Shown here in pieces: positions 12,440 through 23,877 of a DNA stretch of 64,000 nucleotides. The position numbers and the translations under genes were made by a program. Origin of the DNA: Adineta vaga (Eukaryota; Animalia; Rotifera); NCBI GenBank assembly GCA_021613535.1, contig CP075497.1:12834001-12898000 (forward strand), in the 5' to 3' direction. Below the pieces are notes generated by a model. The model made no database searches and was not told the DNA's origin. It saw nothing but the letters and a program-made list of their open reading frames with translations. Position 1 is the first letter of the stretch. Each line of letters opens with the position of its first letter.

Positions 12440-13576
12440 TTATGATTCAATATACACACCTTTTCGAGCAATCTTGACGATATTTGCTAATTGTTGATCA
12501 GACCAGAATGCACATGGATCTGAATCTGTCACTGGTACTGGAAGCAAATGGTTCCCTCTGACTTGTAAATCGATATTATCAAGAAACTGTAATATACCTT
12601 GATAGCGCCTACACGCTCGTGTATAAACCGATTGTTCTTGAGATGGACTAACACCTGAATAGAGACGAAGAACAAAACTTACATTCTGAAATAGATATTC
12701 AGTTGAATTTTTTGAGGTGACAAGTGGTTTTCTCTCTTGAGGTTCCCATGACGAATATTTCCAATAAAATTTTCGAACGCCTAGATATGAAAGTAATTCT
12801 TCTTTTGAACGACGTCCATATCGAATTGTGTCTAGAAACTCAATTGATGAATCATATCGAAAGATAATCTGAGGTTCTTCTAGTTTTCTCGATTTATTCA
12901 AATGAAATACTTCCTCATTGTTCATAAGTCGAATCATTGGTACGATGAAATATTGCGTTCGTGGATTACTAGCATGAAGAACGATTTGAATTTCATTAAA
13001 ACTATACTGAGATAAGAAACAATTACTATCAAATGGCATTATCCATTGAGCTTTGGTTTGCAGTTTTCCATGTCGTAGAGCAAAGTTTCTTGCACCATTA
13101 GCATTCATAATATATAAATTTTTTTTATGGTAAATTGTATCGATAAATCGAAGTTTTTCTAGTGATGAAAGTTGTCGAAAATCTTTTGAATGAAAAAATT
13201 GATCCGATGGAAATTGTGGTGGTATATAGTATGAGATATGACGATATTCTTTGAGATCAAAAGGTATTCGAATAAATGGACGTTTATATGTATTTAAAAC
13301 ATCAATTAATTTTTGTTCTACTTGTTTATTGACAATGCGATTGAGAATCCAAATTTTTGCTACACGTTCAAAGGAAGGTTCATTTTGAAGAATGAAGAGT
13401 AAATTTTCCAAGGTTTGATTAGATGAATGACGCGGAGGAAGATCATTACCGATGATACGATAAAGGACAATCCAAGCTTGAGATGATTTGTCATTCCGAA
13501 TATTCAAGTATTTCCTTGTTGTGATAATTATTACAAGAATAAGAACGACAGCTGAATATCTCGGCCAAAGTTTCAT
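12440..13576 (-). CDS. putative GT-A-fold glycosyltransferase-like type II membrane protein (YRIIGNDLPPRH family)
   Basis: 378 aa uninterrupted ORF with signal-anchor. Motifs LYRIIGNDLPPRH, MNANGARNFAL, WIMPFDSNCF, EEPQIIFR, RYGRRSK. The family assignment is from recall of fungal/bacterial proteins. Confidence 0.65.
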   Translation of the reverse strand: MKLWPRYSAVVLILVIIITTRKYLNIRNDKSSQAWIVLYRIIGNDLPPRHSSNQTLENLLFILQNEPSFERVAKIWILNRIVNKQVEQKLIDVLNTYKRPFIRIPFDLKEYRHISYYIPPQFPSDQFFHSKDFRQLSSLEKLRFIDTIYHKKNLYIMNANGARNFALRHGKLQTKAQWIMPFDSNCFLSQYSFNEIQIVLHASNPRTQYFIVPMIRLMNNEEVFHLNKSRKLEEPQIIFRYDSSIEFLDTIRYGRRSKEELLSYLGVRKFYWKYSSWEPQERKPLVTSKNSTEYLFQNVSFVLRLYSGVSPSQEQSVYTRACRRYQGILQFLDNIDLQVRGNHLLPVPVTDSDPCAFWSDQQLANIVKIARKGVYIES

Positions 13577-14801
13577 TTTTGCTATGAAGATTGATTCATT
13601 TTATCCTGCATAAACCAAAAACTTTTAACTATTGAGAAATGACATTCTCAGCTTTTGCGGCTATGTAGTATTAAGATAGGTTCCGTGAATTCACTACCCA
13701 CACCTTCAAAAAAAATTTTGACTTTTGAAGTAGAGGACGTGGGTATGGGTGGGTAAGGATGCAGGTAGGATTGATGCGCAAATATGCTACCCACACTCTC
13801 ACTCACTCCTCAAGATGGATCTTTACTTTGTATACTAGGGAGTACCTTTGGATGCTTAACTAGTATATTATGTGGGTATCCTTGATGTGACGAGGAGCTG
13901 CTTTATCTGATGAGCACTTTTCGCGGTTCAGCTGCTTATATAAAGAGAACGACGGAGAGAAAGAGAGAAACAAATAATAACATGAGATAACCATAGCGAA
14001 AAGCTACATACGCACGAATACACAGAGTGATACCATAGTGATATTACCACAGGGAATTGTAGCATAATCATTACACTTGAATCCCCTTGCGACTTGATAA
14101 GTATAGTATTAGCATCCATAAGTACTCCTACAGTATAGTAGTTGAGGAACCAATAGTACCCTCATAGTATAGGACTGGAGGACCTAGGGGTACCCCTGCA
14201 TGGTAGAAGAAGAATATATCTCTCAGTGTTCGTTCTGTAATCCAAGAATCAAAAAAAACATTTCACCCACAGATAGTCTTTTATTTCGGATTATATCGCT
14301 AAGCACTTTTCTTCATGAATATATATGTTAGTAATAACTATAAAAACTGAGAATATCTACCTAATTACTTATCGTAAAGATTAAATAGTGAAGAAAAAAT
14401 TTTTAAAATCAGTACTTGTTAATATTTTCTATATATTTGGATACCTGTAATATGAAACATTTATATGAATAATAAAGCGTTATTTCATATTACCACGATA
14501 ATTTCCATTGAATATTGAAACATCGACTTTTTTTGCGCTGTATCATATTTCTATTGTATTTCTTGCTTAAACTATCATTCCGTACGAAATACAAAAGCGC
14601 CTCTCACTATTTAAATTTATGTTCGTTGGTAGTTTGTATGCGTATCCCATATATGGAAGATTCACTTCAGTGCACATACTACCATAATCACGTAGTCAGT
14701 ATTGCAAGTTTACTGACAAAAAAATACGTAAAAAGAAGAAGAATGGTGAAAGCACATGCTTATATTATGTACAGGAGAAAGTAAGTATTTCTCTAGAAAG
14801 G

Positions 14802-14859
14802 AGAGGGTGTGGGTGTGGGTATTCTTATCTTCTGGCACCCTCACCCACACCCACACCCA
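14802..14859. mobile_element. copy of short dispersed hairpin element
   Basis: gagggtgtgggtgtgggt ... cacccacacccacaccc inverted repeat. Confidence 0.65.
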
Positions 14860-16696
14860 GTGGAAATATACTCGTATTCATGTATAGTTCTGTTTTTATT
14901 AACTCAACGAGAATAATTAACAAAATGGTTCAGTTATCTCTCATTTTAGGAGATGTCTTTTTATTTTGCATTTATCTTAACTTGAATAAATGATAATAGC
15001 TTCAACTTTTTTGAAATATTCACAGTCGAAAGCTCTATAATAGCTATGTGCACTAATACCGAAAGGAAAACGAATATGTCTTCAATGTATTCCTGTTCAT
15101 CCAATTACATCGGGACATTGCAGTACTATATAGATTGTTAATAACGATTACAAGAAAATTGATCAAACTAATCAATCATGATTTCTTTATACATTTTTTA
15201 TACGGCGTATCATGTTGTATCTTTTAAGAGCAAAATCTAGTTTCTATCATTTTCTGAAGTCAAGATATTCACCAAACAAAGAATGTTGCAAAAGTTTTGC
15301 CTCACTCAGTATCTAAGATCAAGCTTACCTGTGTATCGTATAAAACGGAACTGTAAAATATACGAGTTTACTTTGTTTGAGTGTCGAATTCCAGGTCGCG
15401 TATATAGTTGATAATAGTGACTTGTTTTTTTTTCAACACAGATTTTTGTACGAATTCACCCAAACGTGTTTTTCATATTAAATATACAGCAGCTAAAAAG
15501 ACATATTCATGATGAGTCATTAAAATTCCTTCGTTCTCTTCTAATTATCTTTATCTAAACAAACCAACGAACCATCACCTTTTCGTTATATACATGCAAA
15601 TGTAAAGTTACTCTTATGATAGACTCATTGCTATCAATGGTTTTCTTTTTTCTTCTAGTGTATTAAAAGATGTTTCGGAAGTTCTAAAACGACCTACAGT
15701 TTGTATCGTTTTTTTATTTAAACAAAATCAATTTTGTCCAAACTTTGGTAAATAGGAGGACGCACTTAGTACTATGATAGTAGAAAGTTTCAAAGCGATC
15801 CGTTTCGTTACAAAGGAGAAACTGTAGGATATGATAAGGTAGTTTTTGCCGGAATTTTATGACAGCTAAATTAGCATGAGAAGCCTGTTAAGAAAAGATA
15901 TACTATCTGATATCGATGTTAGTTTACTATAGTTGTAGAGAAGATTCTGACACTCTCTTATTATAGCACATAGATCTACACAGGTTGATCAAAGCTGAAG
16001 AAAATTAACCTTTGAAAGAATAAAGATGATTGAATTATGACAGTAAGTCTTGATAATGGAGGGAAACAACTATTTAGTATGCTCAAGAAGTGAATATACT
16101 ACTATAACCGGTCAGTGAGTCCGTCCTACTGTATACACAATAACCTTCGAAAGAAGGGACAGATAGTGGTGGGTGTGGGTGTAAGCGAGGCTCTAAGTAG
16201 GGTATCACTAGTTGTGCCAGAATGTGACTTAAAGTAGCATCTGCACCAATATCAACACGATTTTGGTAAGGAAAAGGTTGTACGTAAAAATGTAATTGTC
16301 GGCCAAAGGACCTGTCGGCAAACTGTGCGGGACCCATTTCAGATGAGTCAACAAGATGTTGGTTTATCAAATAGAAACTTGGAAGTATTCTCTATCAACC
16401 AAAAGAAATTATTCGATTTGATAAAGAAATGATGGAGATATATAATTTTCTTTTTGTCAAAGGACCTTCTGGACACCCTATATATACATGGTATGTATAC
16501 GATTTTTTTATGAATTTCATAAAGGTTGACTTAGGCAGGTTTGTGTAAGTGTCGTTCGACGTATAGGTAATTAGAACTCATATCATCTATAAACCAAAAA
16601 AATCATGGACAAATTTTTATCGTCTTTTGGAGATATATTTTTCAATTTTTTTAACCTTATTTTCTAATTACAGTATATCTAGAGTCAATCAGAGTG

Positions 16697-19012
16697 ATGG
16701 CGGTGCTTTCTTTATCAAGAATGTATCGCTATTTATATCGATATAAGACAAGCCAAATTTATAAAATTCTTCTGTTTTGCATCGTGACCTTCTATATATT
16801 TTGGAATTATCCAGTTTTTAAAAACCGAATTGATTACCATGTAGAATTCGACTTATTTACGCATAGAACTCCTTCGTATGGATTAATTCATCGGAATATT
16901 TATAACAATGATAATTGGGCTCAATATCGAGATCCAGCAACAACAACTTACGTGAAACACTATAAGCAATGGCTAAGAGCGTACAAGTATAATAAAATCG
17001 ATTCGTGTGTCAAAGATGTGATGCTGGGCATGATAGATGGTCTTGATAATGGTCGTGCTGAATCATTCTTGGACAACGCTAGAGAATCAATTCTTGTTCC
17101 ATTCGGAAAAGAGTTTATCAAAACCGTTCTATCTAATCATCGTGACGGAAATTTAATGGAAACAAATGTATCGATTTTAGGACATCCGAAGGACACCGCT
17201 TCGTTGACGAAAATTTATGTGCAAAATTGGGCATCTATGTATCCTAAAACACCCATAATTATAGTAATAGCATCTAGAATATATCCACAGAAAGTAAAAG
17301 ATGCTTTCGTGAAAATAGTAAAAAAATATCCAAATGTGCAACTTATCGATTTTCCATGTCATCCGTATTCTCGACATCATGCTTTGATATCTTTTGGTTC
17401 ACTATTTGTTCCAACACCTTATACATTGAAAATGGCATTAGATGTACTTCCTACTTACAAGGAAGATAGTTCTGGCATTTTGTCAGCCCGCTTAAAGCCT
17501 CTAATGAACGAATCAGTTGTACACTTAATTACTGACGAAGATAAGTCAGAAAAGAATAAAGAACATCATGTAAGCGCAAAACACACGGATTTAATCAAAT
17601 ATATAGGAGAATTTCAAAATAAAACGTCGACAGTGTTCGGTCTTACTTACGTATATGCAAATAAAGAGCATGAACCTGATGTCATATCTAGAACAATGTT
17701 TATCGAAGATCATGCAATATTTTCAAGAAGTGAATTTATTTCTTTAATATTTGATCCAACAGTTTCTGAAAGTGAAATGACTGCAATTGGGTTCTCCGCC
17801 ACACTATCAGCTAATATTGTACCCCTTCAATATCCTTTTGAAGAACTTGTCTATGATGTACGAACAGTAAGGAAAGGATTACCAGTATATGAATGGCACT
17901 ATATTCTGATACGAAGGACTAGTTCAGAAATTCTTACAACAACAGCACGAGCTTTATCTGCGAAGTTCGGTTTTCTTGCTCAGCCTCTTGGATACACATT
18001 CTTTTTTGCTGATCAAATTCTTATTAATGCGCGTACAAACTTTACTGATATTTCATTAATGAGTACAACAACACGAGAAGAGCGTGAAAGGTTAAAAATC
18101 TTTTTATCACTAGCACTGATGTCTACCGCAGGTTTTACACATTTCCATGTTAGCCAGGAAGATGCTCAATTCTGCACTTTGTACGAGATCTATGGAATTC
18201 TTAGTCAAAATGATTTTGCTGAAAAAATATCCACAAATGATTTCAGATTATGGAGAGCAAAGAGTGAGCCCAAAGTAGAACCAAATCAATCTGTGGATCA
18301 AAATTTGTACGAGAATTGGATTAATCCGGCTCTTCGTGATTTAGAAAGCACGTCGGTTTGGCAAAAAACTTTATTATCAAATAAATCAAATTACTTTTAT
18401 GAAGAATTGGAAACAAAAAACTATCAGGATTTCAAGATACCTAATAAAAATGATGCATGGCATCCCTATACAACAGATCCTCATTGGTTCAATATGACTT
18501 GTCCTACAATGATAAGACTCGTGGTTTCCACAAAAGCACAACATTATGAAGCAACTTTATCATTACGTACGTGGCTTAAGAATGGAGTTGCATCGGCAAT
18601 ATTCCATCGAAATTCTGATAATAAGTTAGAAGAAGAAGAAGAATATTGGATATGGATAAGATATCATACGACATATCGCTATCAGCGAGAGCAAATAGCT
18701 TTAGAAAAATCAGGAATGAGAACATGTCTCATAACAGAATCCATTGTTAATTTAGATAAAAAGCCGAACTTAACACCTAAATTAATACAATCACAATCAT
18801 GTCACTTCAAATTGCACAACAAACTACAAAATATAGCTAAACTATTGACACACAAGAAAATATTGTCATTGGAAATCTTAGGACAAGATTCACCATTAAA
18901 GGTACCATCAAAATTAACAGATATGATTTTGTTCCAATATGCACCATGCGTTGCTACCGAGATATATTCCGATATGATTTCACACTTTCACAGATTAAAC
19001 TCATTGACTTAA
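16697..19012 (+). CDS. large type II membrane protein with divergent GT2-like domain
   Basis: 771 aa from ATG 16697, uninterrupted, TM ILLFCIVTFYIFW. The segment VSILGHPKD..IIIVIA..VQLIDF..PTPYTLKMALDV..FIEDHAIF follows a GT2/GT-A motif order, with the DxD position degenerate (ALD). Confidence 0.55.
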   Translation: MAVLSLSRMYRYLYRYKTSQIYKILLFCIVTFYIFWNYPVFKNRIDYHVEFDLFTHRTPSYGLIHRNIYNNDNWAQYRDPATTTYVKHYKQWLRAYKYNKIDSCVKDVMLGMIDGLDNGRAESFLDNARESILVPFGKEFIKTVLSNHRDGNLMETNVSILGHPKDTASLTKIYVQNWASMYPKTPIIIVIASRIYPQKVKDAFVKIVKKYPNVQLIDFPCHPYSRHHALISFGSLFVPTPYTLKMALDVLPTYKEDSSGILSARLKPLMNESVVHLITDEDKSEKNKEHHVSAKHTDLIKYIGEFQNKTSTVFGLTYVYANKEHEPDVISRTMFIEDHAIFSRSEFISLIFDPTVSESEMTAIGFSATLSANIVPLQYPFEELVYDVRTVRKGLPVYEWHYILIRRTSSEILTTTARALSAKFGFLAQPLGYTFFFADQILINARTNFTDISLMSTTTREERERLKIFLSLALMSTAGFTHFHVSQEDAQFCTLYEIYGILSQNDFAEKISTNDFRLWRAKSEPKVEPNQSVDQNLYENWINPALRDLESTSVWQKTLLSNKSNYFYEELETKNYQDFKIPNKNDAWHPYTTDPHWFNMTCPTMIRLVVSTKAQHYEATLSLRTWLKNGVASAIFHRNSDNKLEEEEEYWIWIRYHTTYRYQREQIALEKSGMRTCLITESIVNLDKKPNLTPKLIQSQSCHFKLHNKLQNIAKLLTHKKILSLEILGQDSPLKVPSKLTDMILFQYAPCVATEIYSDMISHFHRLNSLT

Positions 19013-19243
19013 CTTGTATTTTGAAGACTCAAACAATGACGTTAAGCAGAACCTCTCTTTTTGTAAGCAACTCTGATTTGATATTTATCATTTCCACGCT
19101 GATATCTTCCATTCATCTGTCTATTTAATCTGTTCGTCTAATCTTTTCCTGTATCCATTCTTTTTTAACTATTGTGGTGCAGTTCCGCGTCGCTATGGCG
19201 TAGTACTCGCGATTAGAATCTTTCCGAAGTTCTATGATTACTT

Positions 19244-19957
19244 TTAACCCCCCCCCCCCCTCTCAAAACTCGATCTCAGTTCAGGTACGTTCAAATGAGC
19301 TGAAATTTGGAGCATAAATTAGGGATGAAGTGTAGATGCTGTGATAAAATTTTCAGCTCGATACCTTGATGTTTATCGTAGATGTGAACTGAACAAAGGT
19401 CAAAAGTAGCTTATTTTGTCCGCCAGATTTCTCTGTATATCTTCATTCAATATATAAATATTTCTTTTATTAGAAAGAGCATATCAAGATGCAGAGCCAA
19501 TGAGGCTTCTTTCTTTTAAAATCTTATATATAAAGCGAAAAAACTAGACAACACGTAGATACACTTAAAACCCTCTAAAAAATAGCGCGCAACTTACAAG
19601 AATGCTTTTCAATATAATAATGAAACAGTTCCGTTCAAAAAACCGACTCTCATAGGACCTGCAGCTTTTGACGCTCTTTCAAACAAAAAAACATTTGGGT
19701 TCATCTTATACTGAAATTGAGTAATGTTGGAAATATATCGTGAAAACCACATTTTGAGAAAAACGCAAAACAAGTTTTTGAAAACCATGCGTTTTTTATC
19801 CAGCGATTTGCGGAAATCATCAAAGTTTTTCATTAAAGAAGAGGTTTTACGAGAAAAATCAGATCATATCCAAGAGATCTGATGATGGGCTATCTTCCCA
19901 TGCATTTATCTCAATTTCGAAAAATTTGACGAAAATTCATGTTTTAAAGGGGCTTAA
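19244..19957. mobile_element. non-autonomous TIR DNA transposon flanked by TTAA (piggyBac/Kolobok-like)
   Basis: Left ttaa-cccccc...caaaac and right gttttaaaggggc-ttaa form imperfect inverted ends. Internal ctgaaatttgg / aaaattttcagctcg motifs; no credible ORF. Confidence 0.5.
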
Positions 19958-20270
19958 TGCAGTTGCACCTGCAGATACGTCGTATCGATCGTATCATGAA
20001 TTTAATCGCTAGAACGATTTATTAGCCAATCAGATGACGATAAACGAGAACAATTAGCACTAGATTTTGATTGGACTTTTATGTATTTAGAACGGAACCG
20101 TTGCATTTCTCACTAATCAACTGTGATATACAAACAGTCAACAAATAGTGATATCCCATCATATGGTTGTTTAGTAGTGGGGTAGCCAGGATTTGATCGA
20201 CCGTATGGCAATGCCTTACAAACATTTTAAAATCTACTATATCACCTCATAATTATCTGAGGGTTCGAAA

Positions 20271-21283
20271 CAGGGCTGCCAAACCTCCTGATTTGATCAG
20301 GAGTTTCCTGGTTTTTTACCTTTTCTCCTGATTTTTGCTTTTCCTTAGTCGAGATTTACAGACACCTTCTCGTTTATACAAATTTGGTGGAGAAAACGAG
20401 AAAATAATCAGAATTCAATAGATTTTTATTAACTATTTCTGTGTGGAATGCTTTTTCTAAATCAGTTTTTAGATACATGATGTTTTTTTGACAACAATCA
20501 GAAACAAGATGATACATGATTTAGCTGAAGTAGAATTCCAATCTATATATGAACATACTCATTTGACATCTACAGTTTTATGTTTATGTGTTTACTAAAT
20601 CGAATATACTCGGAGAAATCCGATCGTCAGAGAAATATAATCTCATTGAAAAAAGTCATCAATTTAGTAGTAATTACTTAATTACATACTTTCTGCTTTA
20701 TGTTTTGTTCTATATTAATCGAGAAATTAATATTCATTTGCTAATAATTATTCATAGAATAAATATAGAAAAGAATTTTTGCAAGAATAAACTATTTACT
20801 TGTTTAGTGATCTCATTTCGCTGATTAATCGGAAAATAAATAAAAACAAAAGAGACCATTCAACCTAATACTTGACTAAAGGATAACAGAAGATGTGAAA
20901 TCTGGATTTGACAATAGTTTGAAAAGAATAGATCCTATTGTTTTGGATAAAAAAACATCTTTCCTTCTACAAAAAAATAATAATTTTTGGTAAGGATTCA
21001 CCGACGAATAGTTGAAGTCGTGAAACTCGAATATAAGGTCAATTTTTTGCAAACTAGATGAATAAAAAAATTCAGTAATAGTGAAGAACATAGATTCTAC
21101 CAGAAACACTTGAGCAAGTTTTTAGATGAGCGTAACTTGTATAGTAAAAATTATATAAACGTTTTTGAATATCTAAAGAAAACCTCTTGATTTTTCTCCT
21201 GATTTCTAAGAAAACTTCTCCTGATAAACTCCTGATTTTTTTCAAAAAACCCTGATTTCTAAAATTTTCATTTGGCAAGCATG
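20271..21283. mobile_element. non-autonomous hAT-like element
   Basis: TIRs CAGGGCTGCCAAA ... TTTGGCAAGCATG, with clusters of the subterminal CTCCTGA(TTT) motif at both ends. No intact 8-bp TSD seen. Confidence 0.65.
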
Positions 21284-22196
21284 TTGCCATCTCCCTTCTC
21301 TCGTGTTCCAATTTTTTATCTTAATTATGGTACACTTAATTGAATAAAAATGAACAACTATAATGATAGTTAGCGGAAGAAAAGAGAACATAAGAAGTTA
21401 TACAGAATACAATTATTCGACAATTCGTAAGTAACTTTAGTTGAAAAAAAAACCATGAATATTTTTTTTTGCTAAGAATCTAGTTATATCGTAGTCAGAA
21501 GGCAAAATGTGAATATGGCTGATTGAATGATTACTTTTGTGCAAGAAACAAGAAAATATGAGTATCCTTAGTAAGTTTAATCAAAAGAAAAACATATCAT
21601 TCAAACGTAAAATGAAACAGATAGAAATTGAATAATAATATATTCATGCAAAACATGGCACTTGAATATTTTATTTTTTTCGGTGTTGAAAAATTACTCC
21701 AACTTAAAATCATCAGTCAAGCTACATGTTAATTATTTAATATATTTTTTTTAATTATTATTTTTGTCGGAAGAATTCAATAGTACATTCATTGATAATA
21801 CAAAATACCCATGGTAATCAATACTCAAATACTTTCTTTACTTTATCCGTTTGATATTCACAAACACAAAAACTTGAGTGATGGACTTGAAGAAACTTTA
21901 GAAGAAACAATACCTTTGTTCTGTTTCTCAAAATATTCATTTAATCAACTGTATAAATACAGTTCGGATTGAGTTAAAACTAAATTCAAATATTCAAACC
22001 ATTGCTATTCACTCGATAGACATGTCCATGATGAAAACTGGCTGTCGCGAAGATCACTATAATGATGGTTACAAGAGATTAGAAAATATTATGGATAGTA
22101 TTAAATTATCTGAGTCATAGTTGAAAATCTTTTCATTTTCTTTTCTCAAATCATATCAATAAAAATTCAGTTTATGGAAAAAAAACAAAATTTTAA

Positions 22197-22647
22197 TTAA
22201 AAACATTTGCAACGATCGGCAAGGCATTTACCAGTAAAGTGTCCATTGCTTTTACATTGTTCTCGACATTGTTCTGGTTCATCTGGACAGATAGAATCGT
22301 TTTCTCTTTCCATAGCGCGTAAAAGTTCATCACGAGCACGTGCTTCGAGCATTTCAGCACGAGTACGAAAGCATTGACATGTTTGCCATAAAGAACCTCC
22401 ACATTCTCCTTTTTTATAGCCACATGATTTGCACCGATCATTGCAAAGAGATCCACCACCCAAGCCTACACATGAACCTTCTGCTTCAGGACATTCCTGT
22501 CCATTGATCTTTTCTGAAATCAAAAATGAAAATGACTATAAGATGTTTTTACATTGAATCATTTAATTATCAGGAGAAATACTCACCACACATGTGCGTT
22601 CGAAGAACGATGAAAAGTAGAGTAGCAATTGTCATACGAATAACCAT
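22197..22647 (-). CDS. secreted two-domain defensin precursor (macin-like 8-Cys domain plus 6-Cys CSab domain), 125 aa
   Basis: Exon 1 22647-22587 (signal peptide MVIRMTIATLLFIVLRTHMC, donor G|GTGAGT), exon 2 22513-22197. Two CxxxC...GxC...CxC motifs. Confidence 0.9.
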
Positions 22648-23877
22648 ATTTTTGCTTTTGATAAATCGATAATTGTAATTGAGAATAGTGAATATTTTCT
22701 CTCATTTCTTAGATTTATATAAAACTTGAAATACTTATAGTTGAATAAATATTATGACAATGAAATTGTCCCTTAAATATATTCTACTCATTCATATCGC
22801 CTACATCAAATATATTGAGTGTATATCCACTTACGCAAATCTATTAGTTTACTAAAAGACCCCAACATTAGAATATATTTGTGATATCTATGTACAAGAC
22901 AAATACTTTATATCATGATATAAGCTTCTTATGTTATTAAACTGCGAATAAAGTCAAAATTAGATAAAACAATACTGATTCAGATTTTTAATTCTTAGGT
23001 GTACAAATTAGAAGGTATTGACACGGGAGATTTCACTTATCTTAAATCAATAGTCACATGAACAATCTTCGTCTGAGGTCACTATTAGTAATGAATCATC
23101 ATCGGACATGCTTAACGATCTGAGAGTGTATATTGATATTTTATTTTAAACCGAACTATAATAATGAATAGTAAAATAATTGATTATTCGAATGATACAA
23201 TAAATAATGAACACTGATCGTTTGATATAAATAAAAAAAGATTAATAAACGTAAAAGAAGTATTTTTTATTCAGAATATATATATCGTGTCCTTTATCTA
23301 TTGATAAATCTATATATTTAGCTTCTCTTCAGAATAATAATCGAATTTCTAAGTATTATCACATATTCTTCGTCTTCAACAGATAAAAGAGAAAATTTTA
23401 TTTATTTTACTCTTTATGATCTTATTAATTTATACATTTTAATAGAAACGTTTTTTCGCTCGATTTAAATGAGAATAATATTCTCCCATATTTAAAACTC
23501 GTCAATTTCATAAGATATCAGATGAGTAAGATTAAAAATCTTTTCTTCGTTCTTTAATTATCATGAAAAGCATAATCAAAATATTTGTCGACGAAAAACT
23601 TTGAATTTTCGATAAGATATTTATCCGATTTATTTCAAAAGAAAGAAAAAAAAGGAGTAAAATTTATACATTTCATAAGATATGATGAAGCCTATTGCTC
23701 GCAAGAAAAGAAAACATCTGATAAGATAATATGAAGAACTGATTTATTTTATTCTGAAGAAGAAAAAAAGAATGTATTCTCTTGTTAAATCTCAAGCTTT
23801 ATTTTTTTTATTTCTAAATTTTATAAATGAAATCATAATGAGAATATCGGATGAAAAGAAAACTATTTGAAATGGAT

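Noticed and set aside
8760-19012. Bacterial contamination or prokaryotic operon
   Set aside because: Eukaryotic type II membrane anchors, mixed orientations, host-like AT content and host repeats between the genes.
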